A stretch of 64,000 bases of DNA, taken from the NCBI RefSeq assembly GCF_009914755.1, contig NC_060935.1. One strand, given 5' to 3'. The stretch is from the human T2T-CHM13v2.0 reference genome, Homo sapiens. A program made the position numbers and the translations under genes. Below the pieces are notes generated by a model. That model was not told the DNA's origin. It ran no database searches and worked only from the letters and a program-made list of their open reading frames with translations. Shown here piece by piece: positions 51,309-62,930 of this stretch (position 1 is the first letter of the stretch; each line of letters begins with the position of its first letter).

Positions 51309-51427
51309 CTTCTTTTAACTTTGAAGTTGGCCTGAGGCTGGGATGGGCCAGTGAGATTAAGGAGAGGGTTTCCGCTCAGAATGTTTTCCATACGAATCCT
51401 CTCTTCTTCAGCTTTTTGTTCTTGTTC
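51309..51427 (-). CDS. CWC15: CWC15 exon 6
   Basis: ttgacag|GAA CAA GAA CAA AAA..., encoding [39 protein letters not shown], then AG|gtacta. Confidence 0.97.
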
Positions 51428-52059
51428 CTGTCAATGATAAAGGAAGATTAACACTTACTTATTTTAACTCTGGGTTCAATTTTTTTTATATTAGCTCACT
51501 GAAAAAAAAAACAAAACTGATCATTAGGATTTTATGGCAACAAAAGCATCAAGGCAGGCTTTTTTTTTTTTTTTTTTGGTTTTTGAGGCATACTAGAAAA
51601 GTCTCCCTCATCAAAATAAAATAATTTAGCATTTTTATTATAAATATTTCATGGTTGATATCATACAGTAATTAGTCTCTTCCAACTGTGAAATGCTACA
51701 GATCCATATTTAAATCTATTTTCTTTCTTGAAGTACATGTCAAATTAATTGCTTTAAATTTTAAGCATATATCAATAAGCATATTCTAATAATTTAAGAA
51801 CATATTGAATATCAAAAAGACACATTTAGCAAAACTATTACCTTCATTTTAAAGGGTCATACCTAACTGTGATTAATTTTAATCTTATTTTGAATTACTA
51901 ATAATGTAAACTTGTGTCTCTAGGTTTGGTGACAAGTTATGAATGAAGAAGTAACTCCTAAAATAGGACAAACTACCATATACAAAATTATATCCAGTTA
52001 ACATGAATTTCTACTAATTTACCTGAGGTTGATCTATTTTGTTTTTATTGTCTTACTGA

Positions 52060-52341
<282 letters not shown>

Positions 52342-53119
52342 TCAGTTTCTATTTTTATACCTCCCATCCTTTATCAGTTACAACACTGTCTTTCTTCACT
52401 TTTATTTTAGCATCAACTTCTTCAAAGTCAAATCACCCTGAGTTTCCTTCTCAGAATGTGGAATATAAAATGTCTAAAATCCTTAGCTATCACTTCTAGA
52501 TCTACCTGTTAACATGTTATCTTAAGCCAAATATAAATCCCATTTTGCTGTGTTTTGGGGATAACAGAAATTGATGACTTAATAGATCAAGGAAAAACAG
52601 ATGGTGTGGAAGTCATTTAAAAAAAGTTATTATTTTAATAATCTAATTTTTCATACAGGTTACTGATACTTCATTTCAATATTCAAATGTAAACAATGAA
52701 TTTCATTTTTATGAAGAAAAATAAAAATCAAAATGGGAGGTGAAAAGATCTAACTTGTAAGGAAATAGGAAAATTCCTTTATGTCACTGGTCAGAACTTA
52801 AATCAGGAACTATACATCACAGAACAGGTGGCTTTCTAAAAGCTATATATTTATTTGTAACAAATTATACCGATGCTTAAAGGGAAAAGATATTTCTCTG
52901 AAATACTAGAAAAATAGGAGCTTAAGTATACCATATATCCAAACTTATAATGTGTATGACATATAAAGGTTATGGACATTTTATGTTTGGAATATTATTT
53001 CCTTTGGGGTTACTGAATGATTGCCACACAGAGCACTAGGAAAAAAGGCATAAACTCTTTCTATATTCAAACAGCAGGCATACTATGTTTCATAATATAG
53101 GCTAGTCATCAGATGGCAT

Positions 53120-53310
53120 GTAGGTCAAATCCTAACTAACTGTTTTTGTAAATATTTTATTGAAACATTGCCACACTTGTTCACTTATGTACTCTGTGGG
53201 TGTTTTTATGTTATAACAGTGGAGGTGAGTAGGTGTGATAGAGGCTCCATGACCAGCCAGCCTAAAATATTTACTACCTGGCCCTTTACAGAAAGGGTGC
53301 TGACCCCTGA
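53120..53310. mobile_element. MER58A hAT-Charlie element
   Basis: gcctaaaatatttactacctggccctttacagaaa...gctgacccctg. Confidence 0.8.
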
Positions 53311-53571
53311 CAAGGGCTAAATGGTTTGAAAATCTTAAATTTGGAACATGGCAAAAACCAGCCAATAGAAAGGGAAACAGGGATAAAAGAAACTATCATT
53401 CAACCGCAAGAAATATCAACACATTTTAATACAGATATTAGATGAAACTCACAAAACTGCAAGGCCTTCTGTCTAAAATGTTTATCCTCCCTCAAGGTCA
53501 ACCAAAAGCATTTAAATTGCTCATCTCTATGTGTCCAGAACTATTAGGCAAGCTAAAAAAATTTGGAACAA

Positions 53572-53588
53572 TTGCCCTCTAGTGGTAT
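53572..53588 (-). promoter_or_regulatory. Candidate CTCF site
   Basis: Minus strand reads ataCCACTAGAGGGCAa, matching the core CCASYAGRKGGCR; motif match only. Confidence 0.55.
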
Positions 53589-55004
53589 GCAAGTGGGACT
53601 GGGAATGTTTTTATAATTCTTTGACTTTTAAAAACTAGATGTAAAAACTATAAGCTATTACAGGAATTATGCTCTCTTATACAAAACTTTGATGAGAATT
53701 GTATTTTGAAATGCTTTTCTTCTTCCAATCTGAATTCTAAGTCTTCAAAGTCTATCCCAAATTCTACCTGTTTTCTGAATTCTTCCCTGGCCCTCCTGAT
53801 TCACATGAAGTCTACTTCCCTAGATTCCTGGTATTGACCATGCAGTATATTTTCTTACTTTCTTTTTTAAAAACAGAACAATTCTTGCCTCAAATAAAAT
53901 TTTACACAGAAATCTATGAAAAAGCTGTGCTGCTCTGGTTGAAAACAGGGGCAGACAACCCTACCTGAATGTCTCACAATGTGTCAAATTTAACATGTTC
54001 AAAACAGAACTCATCAACTACCTCTTCTCTCTGCCTAAATATGGCAATTCTTTTGCATTCCCTGTATTGATGGCACCAACATTTACCTAGAAAGTGAGGG
54101 TCCTCTCTGCTGCTACAATCAATCAGTCACTATCTGTCAACTCAACCTCCTTTTTTATTTTTTCCTGCTCCCCTTCCCACTTTGACCTCCTTGATAATCA
54201 GCTTTATCAGCATCTAATTACTTACCTCAATTCCAACTCCTATCATACAAGCTAAGAGTCTCTTAATTGGGAGGATTACTGGAACAGCCTCCTAACTCAG
54301 TTTTTTTCCAATCCATCCTCCATATTTTGCCAGAGTAATCTTTCTAAAATGCGTATCCAGTTTTATCAATCTCCTGCTGAAATCAACCAGCTCTTCATGT
54401 CCTTTAGAAAAAATCTAGACTCCTTCAGTATTGTTTTGCAAACCTCTAATGCTCTGACTTGCACTTGCCTCCTCAGTTTCACCTCTTATTATCACTCTGG
54501 GTAATTTATTCAGAATTTTAACTATCTTTGAGTTTTATATTTTTTCCTCATATTGTGTAAACAGAGAGACTGTGGGGGCTCAGAGAAGTTAGGTAGCTTG
54601 ACCTAGGTTATATAATATCTACTGACTGATTGCCTTAATAGTACCTAGGCAGTAGACAAGCAGAGAGATAATCTTTGTAGACCACAACTATATCTTGATC
54701 ATCTTTGATTCTCCTGTCAATTAACAGATATCGACTAAATGTTGAACAAATGAATAAACAAGTAAATGACTAGCAAGCCTGTGAATATTACTCAGTGCAT
54801 CTGAACTATTTGGAAAGAATTTCTTACATAACCAGGATACCTAGGATGTCATAAAAATAATCATTTATAGATCTACAAGTGCTATAATATTTAGACACGG
54901 TAAAGGAGATTTCTAATATAAGAAGATATTACTTATATTCAAAAAAATTTCTACCTTAGTGTATGTGAGAAGATAGATGTAAATATTTAATACTTTGGTT
55001 TTAC

Positions 55005-55112
55005 CTTCCTGGCCTGCTCTTCAGCTCTTTCTTTTTTAATTTTTTCCAGTTCTGCAAGAAGAGCTGCAGTATCATCATCATCACTTTCTTCTTCAAAATC
55101 TTCATCTTCCTC
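55005..55112 (-). CDS. CWC15: CWC15 exon 5
   Basis: tcttttag|GAG GAA GAT..., encoding [36 protein letters not shown], then |gtaaaa. Confidence 0.97.
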
Positions 55113-55992
55113 CTAAAAGAACAGTGAGAGCCCAGAAGATTGGAGGGAAAATACACACTACCAAAACACAGTACATATGTACAACGTATCACCCTAAGAA
55201 AGTCAAAACAATTTTATGTAGCTCAAAACAACTTTAAGCTAGCAGCAAAGATACTCAAAAGTGCAAAAAAGTGTGCTAAATTCTCAGAAGAAAATAATTT
55301 CAAATGAATAATCATTAAATTTCAGTTGAAATTAGGTTTCCTGTTTTAACTATTATGAGTAACTCCATCAATTAACTCTAGAATTAACTGCTGATATGTA
55401 TACATAGTTAGATATCACTCATTGGATGCCACTCAGGTTTTTCACTGTCCTGTATGTAGAAAACTGCAAATTGATTATAGGCTCTAGGGTCCCACAGAAT
55501 TTTAACATTAACTGATGTGCTAATCCTTAAAAACCTTCTGCTTAGATTACTTCCCTCCCTAAGCACAGAGGGAACCATTAAGTGTATTGCACTTATAGAA
55601 GGGGACATATCTAATATGGAAAGGCCTCCAGGTACAACTCTAGAGGGCACTGTTTATAGGAAGCCCAGTATGAAGAGTGCCCTGGAGAGGTGTGTAACAC
55701 AGCAGTAGTGCAGTAGTTTAGTACAGGACATTATTTTGGGGGAAAGCATATCCTTTTATAGATTCCTTCCATATTTGGTTCTCTAGAGATCAAACTTGTT
55801 CTTAAAGTCCCACAAAATAATACTTTTGATTTTAAAATCAACTATAAAGTTTAGCACTGAGGTCAGGGCTATATTTGAATAACAGTAAGTAAACATAAAT
55901 ATATGTCACTTCTTAAAGCAAAGACATAACAAGTATTTTAGAAAAACATGGTAAATCAATTATTAGAGATGAAAGGAGGAAACAAAACATAC

Positions 55993-56081
55993 ATCTGTTA
56001 GAGGGTCATCTGCATCAAGGTTGGCGGCAGGAATCTGGTCTAACCGTGGCTTTTTTGACACTGAAGAGGAGGTTGTATGTT
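55993..56081 (-). CDS. CWC15: CWC15 exon 4
   Basis: ccccccag|AA CAT ACA..., encoding [29 protein letters not shown], then |gtatgt. Confidence 0.97.
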
Positions 56082-56390
56082 CTGGGGGGAAACAAAAATC
56101 ATTTAACTTAGTAAAACAAATACTTCATTTCTTAAAATGTTTTAGGGACCTGTGAGCACAAGGAGCCCACATTAAAAGCATTATCCACAGTGAACTCACA
56201 TCCACAGTGCCTGGGCAAATAAGCCTTTGGTAAATATTTGTTGTTATTATCTCTAATGACCTAAGAAAGTAGTACAGCTCACATCAATCTGTAAAAGTAA
56301 ACAAATGGTTAACATTTTCCAATTGCTACATAAAGAAAAACTATCAACAACATAATTTTATGAGACAAATGTCTTGGATAGTGTTGGTAC

Positions 56391-56503
56391 CTCGGGTTGG
56401 ACGATCCCTATTTTTCTCTCTTGCAGCAGCTCTCTCTCTTTCTTCCAACTCTCTCCTGAAGTCACGGTTACGAACCTCTTCAGGGGCATCCTGAGTAGTC
56501 TGT
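56391..56503 (-). CDS. CWC15: CWC15 exon 3
   Basis: tactttag|A CAG ACT..., encoding [37 protein letters not shown], then G|gtacca. Confidence 0.97.
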
Positions 56504-56541
56504 CTAAAGTAGAAACAAACCAGGGCAAAAATGTTACTTAA

Positions 56542-56568
56542 ACACACACACACACACACACACACACA
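56542..56568. repeat. (CA)n microsatellite, read as UG in CWC15 pre-mRNA
   Basis: Run ends ~37 nt upstream of the exon 3 acceptor. Confidence 0.95.
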
Positions 56569-57076
56569 GAGACTGTAGTAATGGAAGACAATTCAGGAAT
56601 GAGACTTTGTCCTTCAAGCAGAAAAAAGGGAAGTAGACAAGATCATAATTTAATCTGAAGGTTACTAACAGCCACTCTTGTGATGTTCCCAATATTTCAA
56701 GAAGTCCAAATTCAATCACATATTTTCCTATAATAAGGCTTTACAGTGATTAAAATGTCTTTAATTTTTATTAGGATTATATCAACTCAGAACTTAACAG
56801 TAATACTTTTAATATACTGACTGGTGCTCATAGTGCATACTCTGAGGCATTATTATTTCTATTATTTATTGTTCTATCTACATATGAAAATTCCTGGTTA
56901 GTAGGAATTTCACATTTTAAAATCACAGCAGAATTTTAGTGTTAAACATCCTATTGCATTCTATTCCTATGAAAATAGATAAGTGACATAACTCAAACAT
57001 ACTACTATATCATGACCATGTCATTTAACAGATCTGGTCTTGTTTTGTGAACAATAAAAAAAGAAAGTCTTACTAC

Positions 57077-57207
57077 CTGTATTTTATCTTTGTATGAGAG
57101 GGTAGGTCTCTGCTTGAATACTGCTTTGAAAGTTGGCTCAAATCACCTTCTCCTTTTCCCCTTCCACCTCTGGCAGGTTCAAAGGTTGGCCTGGCTGCTG
57201 TTGTCAT
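57077..57207 (-). CDS. CWC15: CWC15 exon 2, first coding part (exon probably starts at 57215)
   Basis: caaag|CATAAAAG ATG ACA ACA GCA..., encoding [43 protein letters not shown], then AG|gtagta. Confidence 0.97.
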
Positions 57208-58069
57208 CTTTTATGCTTTGAAGAAAAATATAATCAAGTTATTTCCAACATTACAAACACTCATTTTATAGAGTATTAATCAATATCCATACTGGTAAAA
57301 TAAGTTCTAAAACTCATTCCCCAAAACCTGCTTAATCTTCTTAAACAAAAGTTTTCAAGAAAACAAATTATGAGGCTTAGGCTGTACAAGGAATATGGCT
57401 TCTCAGGCTTGCCTTAGTACAAAAAATTCTGTCATGAAGATCTGAGTTTGCATCCCTATTCTCCTTCTGACTATATGGGCTTGAGCAAGTCACCTGGCTT
57501 AACTTTGTCATCTGTGGAATGGAGATATTCCTCATAGATTATAAGAATTATGACACTTGACATGTCAAAACCCTAGTAAAATACAGTACTGCCATGACTG
57601 AGTTTTAAAAATTTCCAACTCAACCTTACTCTACCAGACTCTGTAAGGTTTGCATTTTATCTAAACTTCACACAATAGCAAATAGGCTAGTAGAAACAAA
57701 AGCTAAAAACAAACAAAAAATATCACTGACAAAGTTACTAAATGTCCCAGAGAAAAGTGTGTTAAACTTCAATGACAGTTACACAGAAAAAAATTCTTAA
57801 ACAACCGTTTGTTGAGCCAATTTTCTCCTACAACAGGCATCATACTATAAATTAGATCGTTTGTGGGTTATAATTTAAGGCCTGTTCAAAAAAAACAGGA
57901 ACCTCACCCCCAGAGGATTCTGATGCCAAAAATCAGGGACTCATTCCTCAAGTTACTTTCTGCTTGGAGCAGTCACAAGAATACTGTGCAGCAGATGCAG
58001 TCACTAAAACCCTGTTAGTGTCGGAAAAGCAAGTGTGTGGGGAGGGTGGGCGAATTGGGAGGATTTTTT

Positions 58070-58920
58070 GGGGGGGGGGGCGGTGCTAATTCTCTCAACT
58101 TTCAAAAAGGGTAGAGACATGTATACAAAGAAGAAAACAGGGTTATCTGGCGCTGGGGGCGCCGCCCCTTCCCACACACCCACGGAATTATCACTCCGGC
58201 CTCCCGTGAGCTAGTCTTTGGCTATAACCAGAAACTCGCTGCCTCTTCACCCGTGCCCAGCACTGCAGGGGTGCGAAGGGTAGTGAAGGGAGGACCTGGG
58301 GTTCGCTTTACGCAGTAGAAACCTGTAAGCTGCGATCTCCTCGGCGGGCCCAAGAGCTCCAGACGCGCCTGACAGGCACTCGGTTCCGCCCCTAGCCCGC
58401 TGCTCCAGGGCCTCCACCGCCCGCGCTCTGCACTCTGCCGCCGACTCCGACCCCAACTGCCCTTTCCCGTCCCATCGCGATAAGAAAGATAATCTCCTAT
58501 CCTCTTGCCGCTCACACTGGCCGAGGTCCGATGCAGCAGGCTCCGAAGATCATACAGACGCCATTACCACTCTTGGCTCCCAGAAACCTCTGCGCCCAGA
58601 GCTAGCGCCTACGACCCGGAAGCAAAATCCAAGCGCTTCGGGGGCGGAAGCAACGACCAATCCGCAGTGGCCGAAGTGGAAGTCGGCGTAACGGCACTAA
58701 GGGGCGGGGCCGAAGCGGCCCAGGGGGCGGGCGTTTGAAATCAGTGCCTTAGAGTAGACCCTAAACCTCATTTTATACCTTCAAGAACCAATTACTTAAT
58801 GTCTCTTCCGTCTTTTCCGTCCCCGACCCCCTCCCAGACTCCTTCATTCCGGTACTGCGTGGACGGAAAGCCCCGGGTAGCCGACACCACGTCCCCGGCT
58901 AGCGGGAGAGAGCGTGGAAA
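58070..58920. promoter_or_regulatory. CpG island; bidirectional CWC15-KDM4D promoter
   Basis: The only CpG-dense segment in the window. ETS CCGGAAG 58616-58622, CCAAT 58657-58661, GC boxes 58701-58710 and 58723-58731, no TATA box. Confidence 0.9.
58516..58620 (-). other. CWC15: CWC15 non-coding exon 1
   Basis: Donor ...CGGCCAGT|gtgagc at 58515; lies within the CpG island; start site approximate. Confidence 0.7.
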
Positions 58921-59086
58921 AGGATTACACCAAACTGTTTAAATCCAACGACTCCTGCTTCCATCCTTTCTCCTGAGCTAGAACCAACAAACCTAGAGAG
59001 TTGGGCTTCGGAAAAACTAGTGTTTTCATTTAATTGGATATGAAGAAAGAACAAATATGTACGGGGCAACCACGATCTTTACAAAG
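58735..59086 (+). other. KDM4D: KDM4D non-coding exon 1 (coding exon lies beyond the window)
   Basis: Divergent from CWC15; donor ACAAAG|gtacca at 59087; matches my recollection of the KDM4D 5'UTR; start site approximate. Confidence 0.75.
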
Positions 59087-59619
59087 GTACCATTCCTGCA
59101 AAAATATTAACACTTCAAAGCAAAGGTTGTATTCGTAATGTTTGCTAAAATTTCTTATTTAAAAAACGTTAGTTTTAGTGGGAGGGGAGATGTCAGTATT
59201 TACGAGAGCGTTTACAACGGTGGGCCCAACTACCAGGAGCACAAGATGTAATTATTAAGATGGCTACTTAAGTGTTAAGTTTTAATAAGACAACGAAAAG
59301 TAGAAAACCCGAAAACCAAAAACCTACCAGTCGTCTCTCCTCCCTTCCATAAAAACAAATTCTGAGAATAGAGATCTTGGTTGTTTAGCTCATCTTGGTA
59401 TCTCATCACATAGACCTTGACGTATAGTAGCTGCTCAATTAATATTTGTTAAACAAATGAAAATTCAACTTCCCCAACTTAGTTTAAAATGTAAGGAACT
59501 CACAAAATTGAATATTTAAATGCTTTCTTACCCCTAAATTCTTTGCAACTTTTTAATGAAGAAAGAAAAGCAGAAAAAGCCCTTTCAGTCATAGAGTTCA
59601 AGATGAAAATCCTGATTTT

Positions 59620-60345
59620 TCTTACCGAAGGTATCCCTCCTCCAGTCTTAACAAGTCTCACTGAAAGACGCGATCATCATGCTAGTTACTCAAACCAAAA
59701 TCCCGGAGTGCCTACTTAAATTCCTTTTCATTCACTCTTCACATACGGTTCATTTACAGGTCTTAACAATTCTACTTTTAAAACTCACCCGCAATTTTAT
59801 TCTACTGCCACTACCCTTGCCTTTGCCAACACCATCTCCTACCTGGATTGTAATTGCTTCCTATTATATCTTCCTGCGTCATCTTTTATCCTACAGTCAG
59901 TGTTGCATATAGCCAAGAGAGTGATCTTTTAAAATTAATAAAATGGTGTTACTATCCTGTGTACAATTTCACTGCACTTAGAATAAAAATCACATTTCTT
60001 AATGTGACCTGAGACCCCACGGAGTCTGGTTCCTGCCTACCTTCCAGACTTCACTTCCAATCAGTCACTCGCTTACGCACTAAGCTCTAGACACAGCCAA
60101 GTGGGCATTTCTGTTTTATAAAACAGGGCAAGATTCCTTCTATTTTAGGGCCTTTGCACTAGCTTTTCTCTGTTGCCTGTGCCCCAAGATAACTGTATCA
60201 CCATCCTTCATGTCTCAGGTATCACAGTGAGGTTTTCCTACCCCCACCCCTCCAACACTTGTGTTTGTACACCATCACATCACCCTGTTTCATTTTTCAT
60301 ACCACTAAACATTACCAGAGTCTATTCTATTCATTTTTTATTTCC
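59620..60345 (+). mobile_element. L2 LINE fragment
   Basis: caccatctcctacctggattgtaattgcttcc...agagtgatcttttaaaa...agggcctttgcactagc. Confidence 0.7.
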
Positions 60346-60359
60346 ATGTCTCTCAGGAG

Positions 60360-60632
60360 ACAGCATGCGAAGGTCATTAAGAGAAAAGGATCTTCAGCCT
60401 GCCCATTTTTGTTCTAAATTCCAGTTCTGCCCTTTCCTAGCTCTATAACCTTAGGCAAGTCATTTTCCCTTTCTGTGCTTTCAGTTTCCTCACGTGTAAA
60501 ATGGGCGTAATTCTAGTCCCTAACTTGTAATACTACTCTAAGGATTAAGTGAATTAATACTTGTAAAGTGCTTAGAACTGTCTCAGCAAATAGTACTTGC
60601 TAAATAAATGTTAGCTATTATTATTATTATTA
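60360..60632 (+). mobile_element. MIR SINE nested in L2
   Basis: cagtttcctcacgtgtaaaatggg...gtaaagtgcttagaac...aataaatgttagctattattatt. Confidence 0.85.
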
Positions 60633-60671
60633 ATATTATTTTTATTATTATTGTCTATCTTCCTATATTAG

Positions 60672-60766
60672 AACATAAGTTCCAGGAAAGCAGGAACCTT
60701 GTCTCTCTTGTTCACTGGGTGTATCCTCTGCATATAGAACAGTGCCTGGCACATAATAGGTGCTGA
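60672..60766 (+). other. KDM4D: KDM4D non-coding exon 2 (95 nt), derived from an L2 3' end
   Basis: tcttcctatattag|AACATAAG...GTGCTGA|gtaagt; lies within the L2 terminus (gtgcctggcaca...tttgttgaatgaatgaa). Confidence 0.7.
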
Positions 60767-61789
60767 GTAAGTATTTGTTGAATGAATGAATGAATGAATG
60801 ATGCACTATGAAGTAGAGGAATGACGTAACAATGGCAAGATGGTAACACAATTATAGGAGATACCCACAGTTTTTATGTTCCAACTGTCCTCATTAGCCT
60901 GGAGTGAATCACTTCATTGATTTAACTCCCAGCCCACTAACCTAATCTTTTGGTTGCCAGTGGTGATAAATAGCCACCCTATAATTTCATTAACACCAAT
61001 ATACAATATAGTCAATCCACAAAATTAAAAGCTTTTGACTTAAATGAAAGTGCTAATAAGAAAATGAAACTAAAGCTTTTGACTTAAATGGTTTGAAAGT
61101 ATTAAGAAAAAGAAACTTAAGTTTACTAAAATCTTGAAATTCATCTGATCAGTTAACCTAGCTGGCAAAAATCATATAACCTCCCAAGAATTCTTATGTT
61201 AAACCTGTTACCCCAAAATCTAGTTTGGCCCTTAATTCTGCCTGCCAGTCCTCTTATGCTCTCCTAATTGTTTATTTTCCCCCTCTACAATAATATAATT
61301 TCCCACATTCCCCTTTCTTCAAGTCTACATGCCTCTTTCACCTCCTTTTCCCTCTGCATTCTCTTTCCTGGCAGTAGATCTTCTCAGTTCTCTGAGAAAA
61401 CAGAAGCTCTTAAACAAGGACTTCTCATCTCCTTTTTTCCGCAGATCTATCGAGCTGCCTTTGGCTATTCCTGTATCCTCAGATTCTCATTATTACTGGA
61501 GATGAGGTGACCCACACTCTCCCTTGTGCTCTGGGTCCTAATTCCTCCAGGTTTCTTAGTGGCTGGCATTTTGCTATATATTTTCTCTTTCTTATGATCT
61601 ATGAGGCCATCCCTTTCAGATCATTTTTATCAGCTTTTGGACATGGTATAGTATATCTTAACCTTAAAAAAGGCTCTTTCATTTTAGTATGCCAAAGGTA
61701 GCATTTAATTAAATGTGAAAGGGATGTAGTTTGGCCCTTGATTGCAAAACTTTCTATTTTTATGGCAGGAGTAGCATAGGAATTCCAGT

Positions 61790-62300
61790 TTAAAGCTTAA
61801 ACAAAATCAACACCTAAAAGGGAAAATAGAAACCATAAAAACCTAAGAAGAAAATTTAAGAAACTATTTATAGAACCTAGAATTTGGAAAGACCTTTCAA
61901 TCAAAGCAGAACACCTTAAGAGCTTTAAAAGAAATACTTTTAAAAATTCATTTATCCAACAATTAATTTTATAGCTGTAGATGCCAAAAACAAGTCAATA
62001 AATTCTAGATTCGCAAATAAATTTTGTAATGCCTATAACATATAAAGGATTACTGCTACTGCTAGTGATACACATAATATAAAAAATCACAAATTACCCA
62101 ATTAAAAAATGGACAAAAGATATAAGCAGGCCATTCAGAAAAAGCAATTTCAAATAGACAAGTCAATAAACATGAAAGACACTCAACCTTCTAATGAGGA
62201 AAATGAAAGTAAACTAAAAATGGATTATCACATTACAGCATCCGATTGGCAACAATTAAAAAAATTAATAACATAGTTGGATGGGATTGAGAGAAAAGGG
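61790..62300 (+). mobile_element. Old L1 ORF2 fragment
   Basis: acccaattaaaaaatggacaaaagatataagcaggccattc...tcaaatagaca. Confidence 0.65.
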
Positions 62301-62329
62301 GATCCAGTCAGACAGCGGGGGGCATTGGT

Positions 62330-62930
62330 CCCCCATTACCCTCACAGTAAAAGCCAAGGTGTTCACAATGGTTTCCAAAGTTTTCTATGGTCTACCCTTT
62401 CCCCTACCTCTTTGACCTCATCACTTGCTCATGCTTTTCATGGCTACCTCCTTCATATTGTTGCTTGGACACGCACACAGCTGCTCCTGCTTTAGGGCCC
62501 TCACACTAGCTATTTTCTCTGCCAAGGCTATTCTTTCCTGTCTTACTCAAGTCTTTGTTCAAATGGAGTCCAACGAACCTTGGGCATCTCTACTTAAAAT
62601 TGCAACTGTTCTCCCTCTCTGTCCCCTAACATTCTGTACTCCGTATCTCCCTTCCCCTCTTTCTTCTTTTTATCTTTTAAAATTATATTATATATAATTA
62701 CATGGCATTTATCATCTTCCATGACCCTATATAATTTAGTTATGTTACATTTATTGTCTCTTTCTCTACTTCTCCCATGTAGAATATAAGTTCTAAAAGG
62801 GCAGAGATCTTTGTTTTGCTCAGTAATATAGGTCAAGCATTAAAACAATGCCTGGCACCAATAGCTACCCAATAAACAGTTTCCATATGAGTGAATAAAA
62901 GAAAGAATGAATGGACGAATGAAAGAATGA
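62330..62930 (+). mobile_element. L2 3' fragment
   Basis: agggcagagatcttgttttgctca...aatgcctggcac...gaatgaa tail. Confidence 0.7.

Noticed and set aside
51309-51427. Possible frameshift or pseudogenisation of CWC15 (I recall a 1-bp error in an older human assembly; unverified)
   Set aside because: Exon phases here sum to 690 nt and give an intact 229-aa ORF
58222-58738. ORFs of 69-97 aa over the promoter
   Set aside because: Expected by-product of stop-codon depletion in a CpG island; they start at non-ATG codons or cross exon-intron boundaries
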